DNA from: a virus
Strand: one strand, 5' to 3'
Virus record (IMG/VR): IMGVR_UViG_3300044712_000982
Coordinates: 21,373-85,372 of that record
Length of the DNA: 64,000 bases
Below are positions 38,201 through 47,914 of this stretch, piece by piece. Position 1 is the first letter of the stretch. Each line of letters opens with the position of its first letter. The notes beneath the pieces were generated by a model. That model did no database searches. It worked only from the letters and a program-made list of their open reading frames with translations, and was not told the origin of the DNA. The position numbers were made by a program, and so were the translations under genes.

Positions 38201-38529
38201 CAGACGCGACGGTGGCTGCTGCGGCGGTGCCCTGGCAGCAGCCGGCCGATGCGACGCTGACGGCGCTGGCCGGGCTGGACGCTACGGCTGGCCTGATCAC
38301 ACAGACCGCAGCCGATACCTTCGTACGGCGGTCGCTGGCGGTCGCCGGTGGTCTGACCATCGCAAATGCGGATGGCGCTGCAGGCAATCCCACCGTCACA
38401 GCAGGGGCGGCAGACATGAATTTCGCGACCAATGCGGTCGGGCCGACGCTTGTCGATACGGATGGGTCGGGGAAGCGTTACCGCCTGAAAGTTTCCGGTG
38501 GCGTGCTAGGAATCGTGCAGGTTGTGTGA
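35260..38529 (+). CDS. long tail fibre / receptor-binding protein
   Basis: Anchor-like N terminus, His-containing repeats, [31 protein letters not shown] and [18 protein letters not shown] fibre motifs. Confidence 0.8.
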   Translation: MAYTEVTVVGTYLGPDGTPLEGAQVRFSPNVPTLKDSDGNTVIVRGEGIVVTLDATGSFSQALAATDDANLTPAGWSWKVREFFEPNRSWFLAVPAATVGDLNIADVAQYEVAPDLITYPSRTDFDTHVAKTANVHGITDATVLETQAGAQSKVNTHAAVTTGAHGIPDPTTLVVTSDARLTDARPPTAHAGNHATAGGDPLTPTAIGAASASHTHLAADVTDLGLAAHVAATTSVHGIPDTSALETTTGSAAKVSSHAAASDPHGDRAAASAALSAHTSATTSVHGIADTSALETTTGAAAKVSAHAVAADPHGDRSYADGAASSAVSAHAAATDPHGDRSFATSGISAHVSAADPHSDRSYADGILSTHAADTTSVHGIADTAALETAAGAASKVSTHTVASDPHGDRAYTDGQLSTHASDTTSVHGIVDTSLLETSAGATAKVSGHAGASDPHGDRSYADGIVSTHATDTTSVHGITDTSALQTTSACTAAISNHAVASDPHGDRAYTDAQVTTRVPTSRTISPGTGLTGGGALGSNITISADVGTTPGTLADGAAPGAALASANAYTDQTYVSVDPRLDELEAIAAGLGGAAVLGVGTTAGTVAAGDDSRITGAAQKASNLSDLASAATARTNLGLGGAATLSVGTTAGTVAAGNDSRLSDSRTPTAHAGTHAAGQADVVTPAAIGAQPADATLTALAGLDATAGLITQTAADTFVRRSIAAANTMVTVTNPAGTAGNPTIGVTPANFTGIPQSAVTNLTTDLGNKQAADADLTAIAGLTPADNDLVQRKSGAWTNRTPAQVKVDLSLAKADVGLGGVDNTSDVNKPISTATQTALDGKAQEAEFFADFPNGVGDQKVDVYFTAPNSFGGFIDVAIAGMYGNVNAYGKLAATYAAMISAPSTINSTSLTYMESVSNLATHFALMPLAWDAVSSRFKITIAHRTSLGNKIGITVRFRAAQAGYKTAIATVGIGSVYTTDATVAAAAVPWQQPADATLTALAGLDATAGLITQTAADTFVRRSLAVAGGLTIANADGAAGNPTVTAGAADMNFATNAVGPTLVDTDGSGKRYRLKVSGGVLGIVQVV
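35640..36800 (+). repeat. His-rich coding tandem repeats
   Basis: Six VHGI.D...LET units and seven DPH[GS]DR units. Confidence 0.85.
37332..38334 (+). repeat. perfect 97-bp direct repeat (37332-37428 and 38238-38334)
   Basis: GCAGCCGGCCGATGCGACG...TTCGTACGGCGGTCG read as identical in both copies. Confidence 0.9.
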
Positions 38530-38530
38530 C

Positions 38531-38815
38531 ATGGATCTGACACGCGCGGACAACTACTATCCACTGTCAGCCGAGAAATTCAAAGCGGTCGCCTGGACGA
38601 TGGAGACCAAGCTGGCCGAATTCGAACGCCTTTATGGTGGCATGCGAGTCATCCGGATGACACCGGAGCCTGAGCGTGCACTTGTCGTTGCCATCGAGGG
38701 GACGCAGCGGCAGATCCAGATGGGTGAGGTTCTGCGCGTCAATCAGCTGACCGGCGCGATGCGCGTAATGACGCAGGAGGATTTCCTCGCGGAGCATGGC
38801 GTCGCACAGTCGTAG
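38531..38815 (+). CDS. small hypothetical protein
   Basis: ORF between fibre and minor tail gene. Confidence 0.45.
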   Translation: MDLTRADNYYPLSAEKFKAVAWTMETKLAEFERLYGGMRVIRMTPEPERALVVAIEGTQRQIQMGEVLRVNQLTGAMRVMTQEDFLAEHGVAQS

Positions 38816-38855
38816 GACATACGCAGCAGTAGGTAGACGGGGAAGGGGGTGAATC

Positions 38856-41342
38856 GTGGTCGCATCGTGGCGCCCTGATCTGGCGGTCCAGCTCGCGTTC
38901 AACGCCGATCCGAACGATCCGTCCGCTGTGCCGACGTGGGTTGATTTGTCGCACCTGTTTATGCGCATGGCATCGTGTAAGCGCGGCCGGCAGTACGAGT
39001 TGGATCAGAATCAGGCGAATGCGCCGACGCTCGAATTCTATGACCCGAGCGAGCTACTGAATCCGGCGAACACGGCAAGCCCCTATTATGGATATCTGGT
39101 GCCGTATCGGCAGATACTGATTCAGGGAATGTGGCCAAACACCACAACCGGAAACATTCTCAACACGGCCGGATCGATCCTGTATGACGGTGACCCGTAT
39201 AACGGGTCGTTCGAGTCGTATGCGCCGGGCGCACTGCCGGGCTGGCTCACAGGTGTCGGCGGGACGATCCCGGCGGTGGTTGCGTCAACTCCCTATCAGG
39301 GCGCGAATTGTGCCGTTTGGACAGTTGGTGGGGGGGCAACGGTACAGGGCGCCGAATTCTCCCTACCGTGTATTCCGGGGCGCCAATACACAGTGTCGGC
39401 GTATGTGCAGCAAACGTCGGCCTCGACGCAGCAGATCACGGTGGACGGTTCGGCCGGCACTTCGACGACCACAATCAACGCGTATGTGCGGTTGTCGAAG
39501 ACGTTCACCGCGACGCAACCTAGCCACACGTGCCGGGTCGCGACGACCGGCACAGCGGTTGCCGGGATCGTACGACTGGACGCGGTGCAGCATGAGCAGT
39601 CCGCGTCGGCTACCGCGTTCACGACGACCGGGCCGATCATCTATCCGGTGTTCCGAGGGTTCATCGAACGGTTCCCGCGGACGTGGCGACATCGTGGCGT
39701 CATGGGTTTGTGTGCGGCGAAAGCCGTGGACGCTTTCGGGCCGCTGAATCGGTTCAAGGTCGATACGGAGGTCCGGGGTAGTATCAATGCGCTCGAACCC
39801 GACTATTATTGGCCGTTGGGTGAGCCGGACGGTACGACGACGTGGGGTGGGAACGGTACCCAGTATTTGACGGCCATATCGTCGCCGTATGGTGGTGGGC
39901 CGCTCGATTCGGGTGTTGCGCACGGCATTCCGGGGGATCCTGGCGGTACCGGCGTTGAGATCACCCTCCCCGCATATATTGGCAATCCGCAGGGGACGTT
40001 GCTGTATGGTGGCGGGCCGAATTCGCCGATTGTGACTGGCGGTTCGGGGGCGTCGTGGGCGTTGTCGGTGGCGATCTGGTATGCCCGCACCGATGTTGAC
40101 GATTCGAAGTACCAGATTGTGATGCTGTCTGCGCCCGGGTTGAATAATGTTCCGCTGTCGTTGGCGATGTCGGACGCCGGTGGCGGCGCGGTTGATTTCG
40201 AGTTGGCCACTTGGGTTGGTATTCCGTCCGGTATTGCGACGGTCGGATCGTTCGACTACGACGAAGAACCCCACCTGTTGGTTGCGAATGTGTCTGTCGC
40301 TGCGGACACGTTGACGCAAGAGTTGTGGGTTGACGGCACATATTACGGGTCGAACACGGAGACGTGCAGTACCCTGTTTGGCACCGCGACGCCTGATCTG
40401 GTGGCGAACACGGTCACTGTCGGCGGGTTTGTTGCCGACCTCGGATATTGCACCGTCAACGCAGGCTTGTATTCGCACGTCGCGATTTGGGATCGTGTCC
40501 TCACGTCGACCGAGGTCACGGCACTGTATGTTGCCGGCCGTGGCAGCGGCAACGAAACAGCCGGCGACCGCATTTACCGCTACCTGTCGTACGGCTGGTC
40601 CGGTGAAGTGTATGTCAACCCTGGACGTTCAACAATGGGCGTCAACGCACTAGCGAGGCGGACGGCGCTCCTCGCCGCATGCCAGGATGTTACGGTCACC
40701 GAGAACGGCAACTTTTGGGCCGACAGTGCGGGCGTGGTGCGGTTCGCGGGCCGGGACGAACGCTACCAGGCATTAACCGCAGTGTGCACATTCGGGGAAG
40801 ACGTGGCCGGCGGGGAATATCCGTACGGTGAGGGAATCGTCTACGACATCGACCCGATGCGCATCTACAACGAAGTCACGGTCACCAACTCGGGCGGCAT
40901 TGTTTCGCGGCGAACAGACCCAACAAGCATCAAACGGTTTTTCCCGAATTCGTTCGAGCGCACCATTAATGTCGCCGACGACAATGAGGCGATCGCCTGC
41001 GCGCAGTGGATCCTGACGGGCCATAAGGATCCGCAGCAGCGTGTGGCGTCGTTGACGCTGGATCCGGCGTCGAATCCGACCCTGTGGACTGTTGTGCTCG
41101 GCTTGGAAGTCGGGGATCGGGTGACGGTGAAGACCCGCCCGAAAGCCGCAAATAGTGGTGCCGGTTTCACAATGTCCGGGGACTATTTCGTCGAGTCGAT
41201 TTCACATGACACGGTCGATATGGATGCTGGGGTTTGGCGGACGACGTTGACGATGTCGCCGGTCCCGGTGTTGAGGCCGTTCATTCTCGATGATGCCACA
41301 TACGGCGTGTTGGATGACACGTCGTGCACAACCGTGTATTGA
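38856..41342 (+). CDS. minor tail (distal tail/hub-like) protein with carbohydrate-binding and LamG-like domains
   Basis: GRQYELD, NGSFES CBM-like start, YYWPLGE and HVAIWDRVLTSTEVTALY (LamG-like), IYNEVTV. Confidence 0.75.
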   Translation: MVASWRPDLAVQLAFNADPNDPSAVPTWVDLSHLFMRMASCKRGRQYELDQNQANAPTLEFYDPSELLNPANTASPYYGYLVPYRQILIQGMWPNTTTGNILNTAGSILYDGDPYNGSFESYAPGALPGWLTGVGGTIPAVVASTPYQGANCAVWTVGGGATVQGAEFSLPCIPGRQYTVSAYVQQTSASTQQITVDGSAGTSTTTINAYVRLSKTFTATQPSHTCRVATTGTAVAGIVRLDAVQHEQSASATAFTTTGPIIYPVFRGFIERFPRTWRHRGVMGLCAAKAVDAFGPLNRFKVDTEVRGSINALEPDYYWPLGEPDGTTTWGGNGTQYLTAISSPYGGGPLDSGVAHGIPGDPGGTGVEITLPAYIGNPQGTLLYGGGPNSPIVTGGSGASWALSVAIWYARTDVDDSKYQIVMLSAPGLNNVPLSLAMSDAGGGAVDFELATWVGIPSGIATVGSFDYDEEPHLLVANVSVAADTLTQELWVDGTYYGSNTETCSTLFGTATPDLVANTVTVGGFVADLGYCTVNAGLYSHVAIWDRVLTSTEVTALYVAGRGSGNETAGDRIYRYLSYGWSGEVYVNPGRSTMGVNALARRTALLAACQDVTVTENGNFWADSAGVVRFAGRDERYQALTAVCTFGEDVAGGEYPYGEGIVYDIDPMRIYNEVTVTNSGGIVSRRTDPTSIKRFFPNSFERTINVADDNEAIACAQWILTGHKDPQQRVASLTLDPASNPTLWTVVLGLEVGDRVTVKTRPKAANSGAGFTMSGDYFVESISHDTVDMDAGVWRTTLTMSPVPVLRPFILDDATYGVLDDTSCTTVY

Positions 41343-41354
41343 CGGGGGGAAATT

Positions 41355-41873
41355 GTGGGTGGTGTAACCAGTTCGGGGTTTGTTCCCGGCGTGCTGTATT
41401 CGGCCGATCTGACTGCTGCCGTCGACTGGGGTCGGCCGGTGTATGCGCTGAAGACCGCGGACCAGGCGCGGAACAGCAGCACAACATTGACGGACGACAC
41501 AGAGTTGACGGTCCCGGTCGTGGCGTCGGCGAAGTACGCGCTCGACCTGTTTCTCTACTATGATGCGACGGCCGGGGTCGATATCAAGTTTGGGTTCACA
41601 TTCCCGGCCGGTGCGACATTGACGTTCGGCGGGATCTGTTATCTCGTGGGCGGCTCGTTCACGATCGCGATGCTCCGGGCGCAGCGTGCCACGTCGGGGT
41701 CGACGACACTGGCCGCGTCTGGTGGCACCACACCCCATACGCGGATCGACGGGACGTTGATTACTGGTGCGACGGCCGGGGATTTGACGTTGCAGTGGGC
41801 GCAGAACACGTCGAATGCGGCTGCAACGACGGTGAAGACCGATTCTTTGCTGCGTCTGACGCGGTTTGCCTAA
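41355..41873 (+). CDS. minor tail protein
   Basis: G.LYSADL start, LQWAQNTSNA..TTV. Confidence 0.65.
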   Translation: MGGVTSSGFVPGVLYSADLTAAVDWGRPVYALKTADQARNSSTTLTDDTELTVPVVASAKYALDLFLYYDATAGVDIKFGFTFPAGATLTFGGICYLVGGSFTIAMLRAQRATSGSTTLAASGGTTPHTRIDGTLITGATAGDLTLQWAQNTSNAAATTVKTDSLLRLTRFA

Positions 41874-41902
41874 ACGCACAATTCACCCTGTGAGGTTTCC
41901 GC

Positions 41903-42745
41903 ATGGTTACGTTGGCGCCAGAAGCGCTGGCCTGGTTAGCTCGTGAATGGGAACACGGCATTGACACCGCGCGTGCCCGGAACGACGCTGCCACGTTCTC
42001 CGGGATCGTTGGCGACGCCCAACATCGGGCAGAAGGCGGCTACCACATCAGCCGCGAAGACCAGCCGGCCACGAATTACAGCATCTCGGACTTCTCCGAC
42101 GACCGTGAGGGGTCGTCGAATCTGGCCGCCGCCGTGGACATGACGATGGACCGCGAAGCGATGGTCATGGTGACGGGGCGCCTCGCCGCCGCGTGGTCGG
42201 TGCGGGATCCGAGGCTTGCCAACGTGCGCGCATTCAACGGCACATTGGATGGGGTCAACGCGTGCCGATGGGATGCCGCGAATGATCCGAACGTGACGAC
42301 TTGGGCGGACTCCACGCATTTGTGGCACGTGCACCTTGAGGTGTTCCGCAAGTACGCCGATGACGTGGAGACCGCACGCAACATTCTTTCAGTGATTCTC
42401 GGAGCCGGAAACGACAGCGCGGAGGGCGACATGCAGTTGGATGAGCAGTTCGACATTCCCGATTGGGATAAGACGTGGGGTGGCCCGGAGCGGACATCGG
42501 TGCAGACGGCGTTGGCTGTTTCGCAGCGTCGGTCGTTCCTGGCGTGGCGGTCGACGAAGGATGTCGTGGCGAAGGTCGACGAACTGACAAAGAAGGTCGA
42601 CGCGTTGGCTGCGAGGCCCGCGACGACGGTCGACCTCGGCGATGGGGGGCGGGCGGCACTTGCCGATCTGACGGCGAAGGTCGACCGGATCGTGGCCGCG
42701 CTGGAGTCAGCCGGCGCTGGGCTTGGCAAGGCGGACGGCCGGTGA
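41903..42745 (+). CDS. endolysin, putative Zn peptidase (M15/LAS-like)
   Basis: GYHIS..AAVD..HLWHVH; first gene after tail module; helical C terminus. Confidence 0.6.
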   Translation: MVTLAPEALAWLAREWEHGIDTARARNDAATFSGIVGDAQHRAEGGYHISREDQPATNYSISDFSDDREGSSNLAAAVDMTMDREAMVMVTGRLAAAWSVRDPRLANVRAFNGTLDGVNACRWDAANDPNVTTWADSTHLWHVHLEVFRKYADDVETARNILSVILGAGNDSAEGDMQLDEQFDIPDWDKTWGGPERTSVQTALAVSQRRSFLAWRSTKDVVAKVDELTKKVDALAARPATTVDLGDGGRAALADLTAKVDRIVAALESAGAGLGKADGR

Positions 42746-42922
42746 GCCCGTTGATCGGTACGGGTGAGCATCCGACGGTGGGCGTGTCGGCGCGGGTGGA
42801 TCAGGTGTGCGCCCGGGTGGACATGGTGACGCGCGAGCTGCGGACGCTGGCCGAGGTTGCGTTGGTGCGACCCCCGCTGCGCACAGTCCCGCCGCAGCGC
42901 TGACGAAGGGACGCGGGGGGTC

Positions 42923-43162
42923 ATGGCGGTAGGGGATCGGGAGTTTGGGGCGCTGCTGGAGCGCGTAGACGGGCTGGCGGAGGCGCTGCACGAGGCGCTG
43001 CCGGCGTTGCAACGGCGGGACACGTGCCAGTTGACGTGCGGCGCGCTGGAGCGGCGCGTGGCGGCACTTGAGGGGCGTCCGGTGCGGTTGTGGCCGCTAC
43101 TGATCGGCGCGGCCGGGGTACTGGTGGCGATCGCTGCGCTGGTCGTGTCGCTGGCCAAGTAG
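42923..43162 (+). CDS. lysis-cassette membrane protein (coiled coil plus TM)
   Basis: LERRVAALE then WPLLIGAAGVLVAIAALVVSL. Confidence 0.6.
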   Translation: MAVGDREFGALLERVDGLAEALHEALPALQRRDTCQLTCGALERRVAALEGRPVRLWPLLIGAAGVLVAIAALVVSLAK

Positions 43163-43228
43163 GATCGCGGCAACGCCAAGGGGTGGCGAGGGGTGCGGGG
43201 GTCGACTACGGTCGGCCCCCGTCGGCGT

Positions 43229-43486
43229 CTATCCGGCGGCGCGGAGTTGCCCGAGGTCGGGCAGTTGCGACCACGCCCACGGCGTTTCGTAGACGGCGCG
43301 TGCGGGCTCCGGGGTGGTCCAGCAGATCCCGAGTCCGCCCATGGGGGCAACCCAATACAGAGTGTGGCCGAGTCCGGGCGCCCGGCCGATTCGCAGGGTG
43401 ATTTTCCGGCTGGCGATGGTTTCGGAGCCGGGGAGCCGTAGCGGGTTGATGGGTCTACCGCCGTATGGCCATCGATTCTCGCCCAT
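43229..43486 (-). CDS. small counter-oriented hypothetical protein (leaderless)
   Basis: TACGAT 6 nt upstream of ATG; hairpin GGGGGTCGAC-TACG-GTCGGCCCCC downstream. Confidence 0.4.
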   Translation of the reverse strand: MGENRWPYGGRPINPLRLPGSETIASRKITLRIGRAPGLGHTLYWVAPMGGLGICWTTPEPARAVYETPWAWSQLPDLGQLRAAG

Positions 43487-43589
43487 CTCGTGATCGTACC
43501 GCTGGGCTCTGACGTTTCGTAGACGTTCATTCGCGCGGCCGGATTCATAGGTTCGGCCGCTTTCTTGCATTCCAAGATCGGGGGATCTC

Positions 43590-43808
43590 ATGTACGGACG
43601 CAAATTCTGGACGGCGGCAGTCGAAAGGGCGACCAAAACACTCGCGCAAACACTGCTGACCGTGCTGCCGATCGGGGTTGGGATCGCGGATCTGCCGTGG
43701 CTGGCCGGGCTGTCGATCGCCGCATCGGCCGCAGTCTTGTCGCTGTTGACGTCGGTCGGGTCGGCGCAGGTCCGCGATGACACGCCGTCGCTCGTGGGTG
43801 ATCGGTGA
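43590..43808 (+). CDS. holin (r1t-like)
   Basis: FW..AVERA.KT.AQT..W.AGLS.AA.AAVLSLLTS. Confidence 0.85.
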   Translation: MYGRKFWTAAVERATKTLAQTLLTVLPIGVGIADLPWLAGLSIAASAAVLSLLTSVGSAQVRDDTPSLVGDR

Positions 43809-44209
43809 CCGCGCAGCCGCCACGGTGCCGACAGACGATCTTCGCCAACCCGGACGATCCGGGCGCGCCGCTCGGCAACTGTTTGCAGGCTGCTATCGCG
43901 TCGATGCTCGGGTTGCCGCTCGACTCGGTGCCGCACTTCGTGCAGGTCGAGGCGGACGGCGGGCGCCCGTTCGGTGTGATCCTGCGCGAGTTCCTTGAGG
44001 CTCGCGGTTTCGAGCTCGCAATCGACGTCGACCCGGAGCCGGGTGAGGAGTACCTCGCGATCGGCAAGTCACCGCGCGGCCAGGGCCTGTACCACTGCGC
44101 GATCTACCGGGACGGCGTGCTGGTCCACGACCCGCACCCGGACGACACCGGCGTGGCCGAGGTGACCCGCCGGTGGGTGCTGCGCCACACGGACGGTGGC
44201 GTGCGGTGA
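43805..44209 (+). CDS. hypothetical phage protein
   Basis: GNCLQAAIASML..SPRG..HC..HDPHP. Confidence 0.65.
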   Translation: MTAQPPRCRQTIFANPDDPGAPLGNCLQAAIASMLGLPLDSVPHFVQVEADGGRPFGVILREFLEARGFELAIDVDPEPGEEYLAIGKSPRGQGLYHCAIYRDGVLVHDPHPDDTGVAEVTRRWVLRHTDGGVR

Positions 44210-44427
44210 GCCGCAGATTCGAGCTTCACGCCGACGCGCCGGAATCAACGGGACGGTTGGTCATCGCGGGAGTTGGGATCGTCGCGGAGGGCATCGAGTT
44301 CGGCGACGGGACGGCGGTGGTGCGCTGGCGTGAGGACCCCCCGTCGACCTGCATGTGGGGCTCAATCGCCGAGATGGGTTTGGCGCAGGCGGCGTCTAGG
44401 GTGCAGATCGTGTGGGTCGACCGTTGA
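44206..44427 (+). CDS. small hypothetical protein
   Basis: RRFEL..VAEGIEFGDGTAVVRW. Confidence 0.55.
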   Translation: MSRRFELHADAPESTGRLVIAGVGIVAEGIEFGDGTAVVRWREDPPSTCMWGSIAEMGLAQAASRVQIVWVDR

Positions 44428-44545
44428 CGCCGCAAGCCTGGCTGATCGTGCTGGCGGTCGCGTCGCTCGCCGTGATGGTGGTCAACGCGACGCTGCCGGC
44501 CTGCCAGACGAGGTACATGCGCCGCGCAGACCAGCGGGCCGAACG

Positions 44546-45190
44546 TCAGCCGTAGACCCATTCGACGGCGGTCTTCCCGTCGCGGGAGGTTTGCCGCAGC
44601 GTCCACCGCTGGCTGCGGTATGCGGCGTCGACGTGGACCTCCAGGTCTGTGACTTTGCGCGTGGCCCCAGCGGGGAGCGGGTTGTCGAGGACCGTGGTTG
44701 CGGAGACGTCGGAGCCGTTGGTGTCGATGCCGCGTAGGTGGATCGTGTCGGGGTCGATGGGTTCGGTGCCGGCGGTGATGGTTGCGGGGGCGACGAAGAC
44801 GGACTTGTTGCCGCAGTCGTCGCAGGGCGAATAGGTCGGCTTGCTGATGGTGATGGTGTAGCCGTCGATCGCGGCGGGCTGTCCCCATTGTGCGGGCGTG
44901 ACGGTGGCCGACGTCGATGGCGTTGGCGTCCCGAATGCGGCTTTCAGTTCGTCGATCGCGTGTAGCTGTTCGTCGGTGGCCTTGTTGATGCGGTAGCCGG
45001 CGCCGTAGGCGATCGTGCCGGCCCCTGCCACGAGTACGAGTCCGGTGGCGAACGCGACGGCCAGGGCGACGGGGTCTGTGCGGGTGCTGGTCACCGGCTG
45101 AGTGTCGCGGATCTGGGGCGGCACGCCGAGCCGTTCGCCCGGTAGTGGGCGGGGCGGAAGGTTCGATTCCGCCCGTTTTATATAGATCAC
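44546..45190 (-). CDS. membrane-anchored exported protein (Ig-like), moron
   Basis: One TM, PTPSTS linker, beta-rich domain. Confidence 0.55.
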   Translation of the reverse strand: MIYIKRAESNLPPRPLPGERLGVPPQIRDTQPVTSTRTDPVALAVAFATGLVLVAGAGTIAYGAGYRINKATDEQLHAIDELKAAFGTPTPSTSATVTPAQWGQPAAIDGYTITISKPTYSPCDDCGNKSVFVAPATITAGTEPIDPDTIHLRGIDTNGSDVSATTVLDNPLPAGATRKVTDLEVHVDAAYRSQRWTLRQTSRDGKTAVEWVYG

Positions 45191-45394
45191 ATACGACTCA
45201 CCGCATCGATCCCGGTGCGGTGTTTTTGCTGCTCACGCGGTAGAATCTGCCTACAACTAAAGACGGGCCGGGAGTGCGCTTAGGCAACGCACTTGATCCC
45301 GGCCCTTGATCGGACAACACAGTCGAAGGAGCGTCCGACCCATGTGCGAGGGTAATGCACGAACAGACGTGCGCGCGGATAGCGGCGGCGGCCT

Positions 45395-46348
45395 GTGATG
45401 TACGACGATGATCCGGCCGACGAAACCGCTCGGCCGACGGCGGCCCCACACGAGTGGTTCGGGCTCGTCAAGCGGGCACGCCTCGGCACCAGCCACCTCG
45501 GCCGTGAGCGCAAGCGGGCACTACTTGCCTTCGGGACCTATGCGGACACCGGCAAGGAAAACGGACAGGTGCCCGGCGAGCACGTTCACTGCGGCGTTGC
45601 CAGGCTGGCTACCGATCTGGAGATCGGGTTCTCGACAGCCCAGCGGTACCTCGCGTGGATGCGCAGTACCGGTCTGATCGAGCTGACGGCGAAAGGAAGC
45701 TACCGACTCGGGCTCGCTGACGAGTATCGGCTGACGCTCCCGACTCCGGAGCAGGCCGATGAGTTACGAATCTTGGATCCGAGCGCGTACAAGGAGCTTG
45801 TCGGCGGGAAGGTCCGGGCGAACAAGTCGAGGCACAAGCCGAAGGTTTCGGACCTCACCTTGACTGAGGTCCGAACCTGTGGACAAGCCGGTGACGTTGG
45901 CGACGATCCCGGCGAGTCTTTGGACCTCACACTGACTGAGGTCCAAAGTGCGTTTCGGACCTCGATTCCGGATGGTTCGGACCTCAGTCAGTGTGAGGCC
46001 CCACCGAACCTAGATCTCACCGACCCTATGTATTTGACCGAACCTGAAATGGTTGATCTTGCAGCTAGGGTTACCCATACGCGCGCGCGAGGCTGTGGAC
46101 GACGAGATCCTGATCAAGGGGAAGTAAGCGGCACGGCTCCGCCGGCCGCCGCGATCAGACCTCCCCGACAGGGCGCGATACCCGAGCAACCGAAACCGTC
46201 GGAAGAACGCGAATACACCGACGACAGGAAGATCACCAACGCAATCAAGGCCGGATACTGCCCAAGCTGCTACCTCGTCGGCGACTTCACCCCCGTCGCC
46301 AACGGCGCACGAACCTGCCAGCACCACGCAAAGATAGGCGCGGCATGA
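45395..46348 (+). CDS. second replication-initiator-like winged-HTH protein
   Basis: LLAFGTYAD..HCGVARLATDLEIGFSTAQRYLAWMRSTGLIEL..GLADEYRLT; internal palindromes. Confidence 0.65.
   Translation: MMYDDDPADETARPTAAPHEWFGLVKRARLGTSHLGRERKRALLAFGTYADTGKENGQVPGEHVHCGVARLATDLEIGFSTAQRYLAWMRSTGLIELTAKGSYRLGLADEYRLTLPTPEQADELRILDPSAYKELVGGKVRANKSRHKPKVSDLTLTEVRTCGQAGDVGDDPGESLDLTLTEVQSAFRTSIPDGSDLSQCEAPPNLDLTDPMYLTEPEMVDLAARVTHTRARGCGRRDPDQGEVSGTAPPAAAIRPPRQGAIPEQPKPSEEREYTDDRKITNAIKAGYCPSCYLVGDFTPVANGARTCQHHAKIGAA
45847..46002. repeat. three palindromic sites with 7-bp spacers
   Basis: TTCGGACCTCA-CCTTGAC-TGAGGTCCGAA; TTTGGACCTCA-CACTGAC-TGAGGTCCAAA; TTCGGACCTCA-GTCAGTG-TGAGGCCCC; extra half-site at 45953. 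Confidence 0.85.
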
Positions 46349-46554
46349 ACCGAGTGATCGAATTTCCAGGCCGCCGTCAGCCCCGTAGGGACCTCCCCGA
46401 CCGCACAATCCCAGCAGTCGTCACCCTCATCGCCGAACATCTCGTCGACACCGTCGCCGCCGCACTGGAAGCCGAAGGAGTCGAATTCGAGACCCGCGAA
46501 CGCGTCACCCGGAGACTCCTGCTGACCGAACACGAACGCGAGGCGCAGGCATGA
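46345..46554 (+). CDS. small hypothetical protein
   Basis: ATGA-coupled. Confidence 0.5.
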   Translation: MNRVIEFPGRRQPRRDLPDRTIPAVVTLIAEHLVDTVAAALEAEGVEFETRERVTRRLLLTEHEREAQA

Positions 46555-46798
46555 CCAGTCGCAGCCAGTCCGGGAATCCGCCAACTGGTTCCGACCAGGA
46601 AAAACGTCGAGTTTCCGCAGGCTGCGACTGGCGACTGGATCCCAGGCTGCGGCAGATTACCCACGAAGAGCACGACTGGCCGGCGCCGGTCGGTAGAGGT
46701 TCAAGGGGAACTCCGGTACCCCTGATGCGTTTCGGCCAGCACGTGACAGCCACCGACGCCGAGAACTTCGGCACCCACGAACGCGAGAGGATGGCCGC

Positions 46799-47041
46799 AT
46801 GAGTACTCCCGACCTTCCCCGAGACGACCGACTCTTTGCACCCGAGCCGCAACGGGGACCACTCCGCGACTCCGTCCCGTCGCCGAAACGCAACGCCAGG
46901 CCGCTGCCGGCGCTGTTCGCCGAACTCCGCAACGTCCTCAGCGCAATGGACGCAGCCATGTCCGCCGAGGGCGCGACGCCAGAATTCCGCACCCGCGTCA
47001 CGAACCGGCTCGTCTGGGGCCAGCCGGACGGGCCGACGTGA
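46799..47041 (+). CDS. small hypothetical protein
   Basis: ATGA-coupled. Confidence 0.45.
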   Translation: MSTPDLPRDDRLFAPEPQRGPLRDSVPSPKRNARPLPALFAELRNVLSAMDAAMSAEGATPEFRTRVTNRLVWGQPDGPT

Positions 47042-47287
47042 TCGGCGCGGTTGGGATGATGGCGGCATGAAAGACCACGTTCACCTACGCCGCGGCTCGG
47101 ACGGCCTGTACTCGTTCCCCGAAGACGACGACCTCACCGAACGGTTCGCTGCGGCGATCCGCGCCCGGCGCCGACCCAAGATTCTGCACCCGACGCGCCG
47201 CGCCGCCGTGGCATGGACCGTCAAGTGCGCGTGGCTGCGACTGCGAAACAAGATTGCGATCGCATACCTACAGATTCGGTACCGACG

Positions 47288-47914
47288 ATGAAAGCCGGCG
47301 GAGACGTGACCTGCGATGATGTGCCGGTGGGGAACATTGGTGAATCAATCCGTCGTCGCCGCAACCTGATATCGATGTCACAGGCCGAGCTTGGCTGGCT
47401 CGCCGGGGTAGCTGGAGGAACAGTCAAGAAGGTGGAAGGTGGCAGGCAGCCAGAATCGGGAACGGCTGCGAACATCTCGCTAGCGCTCGGATGCATGCCG
47501 CCGACCAATCCGGCCAACATGGAGCTGACCGAGGTCTTCTCGGCAACCGCCACCCGGCTAGCTACGCGCGCCATCATCGCCCACGATGTCTCGGATGCGA
47601 TAGCCGCGTGCTGGCGTGATGTTGTTGCGTGCCGTGGCGGCAGCGTGCTCGGCGAGTTGTGCAGCATCCTGGAGTCTCGGATGTCTCCGCCGGAGTTCGA
47701 GATGTTCGAACGTGAGGTTGCGGCTTTACGTGAGCACGAGCCAGCCGTTTCCGCCGAGCCGGCTGCTACACGCGACCGAGACTTCGCGGCGAACGCCACC
47801 GCAGCGATCGAGCAGGCTGCCGCAAGCGCTGGGCTGATCTCGGACCCGCGCGATGCTGCCGCGATGTGGCTTCAGGTCGCTGCGGCGTGGATCGATCTGG
47901 ACCGTCGGCCGTGA
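47288..47914 (+). CDS. XRE-family HTH regulator with C-terminal domain
   Basis: IRRRRNLISMSQAELGWLAGVAGGTVKKVEGG. Confidence 0.75.
   Translation: MKAGGDVTCDDVPVGNIGESIRRRRNLISMSQAELGWLAGVAGGTVKKVEGGRQPESGTAANISLALGCMPPTNPANMELTEVFSATATRLATRAIIAHDVSDAIAACWRDVVACRGGSVLGELCSILESRMSPPEFEMFEREVAALREHEPAVSAEPAATRDRDFAANATAAIEQAAASAGLISDPRDAAAMWLQVAAAWIDLDRRP

Noticed and set aside
37332-38334. 97-bp repeat as a diversity-generating retroelement TR/VR pair
   Set aside because: Copies are identical with no adenine-specific mismatches, and no reverse transcriptase is present
45150-45175. GGTTCGATTCC resembling a tRNA T-loop
   Set aside because: No acceptor, D or anticodon arms can be folded; it is a simple GGGCGGAA/TTCCGCCC hairpin within a minus-strand ORF
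45847-46002. Palindromic repeats as a mini CRISPR array
   Set aside because: Spacing irregular, no unique spacers of about 30-40 nt, no cas genes, inside a CDS
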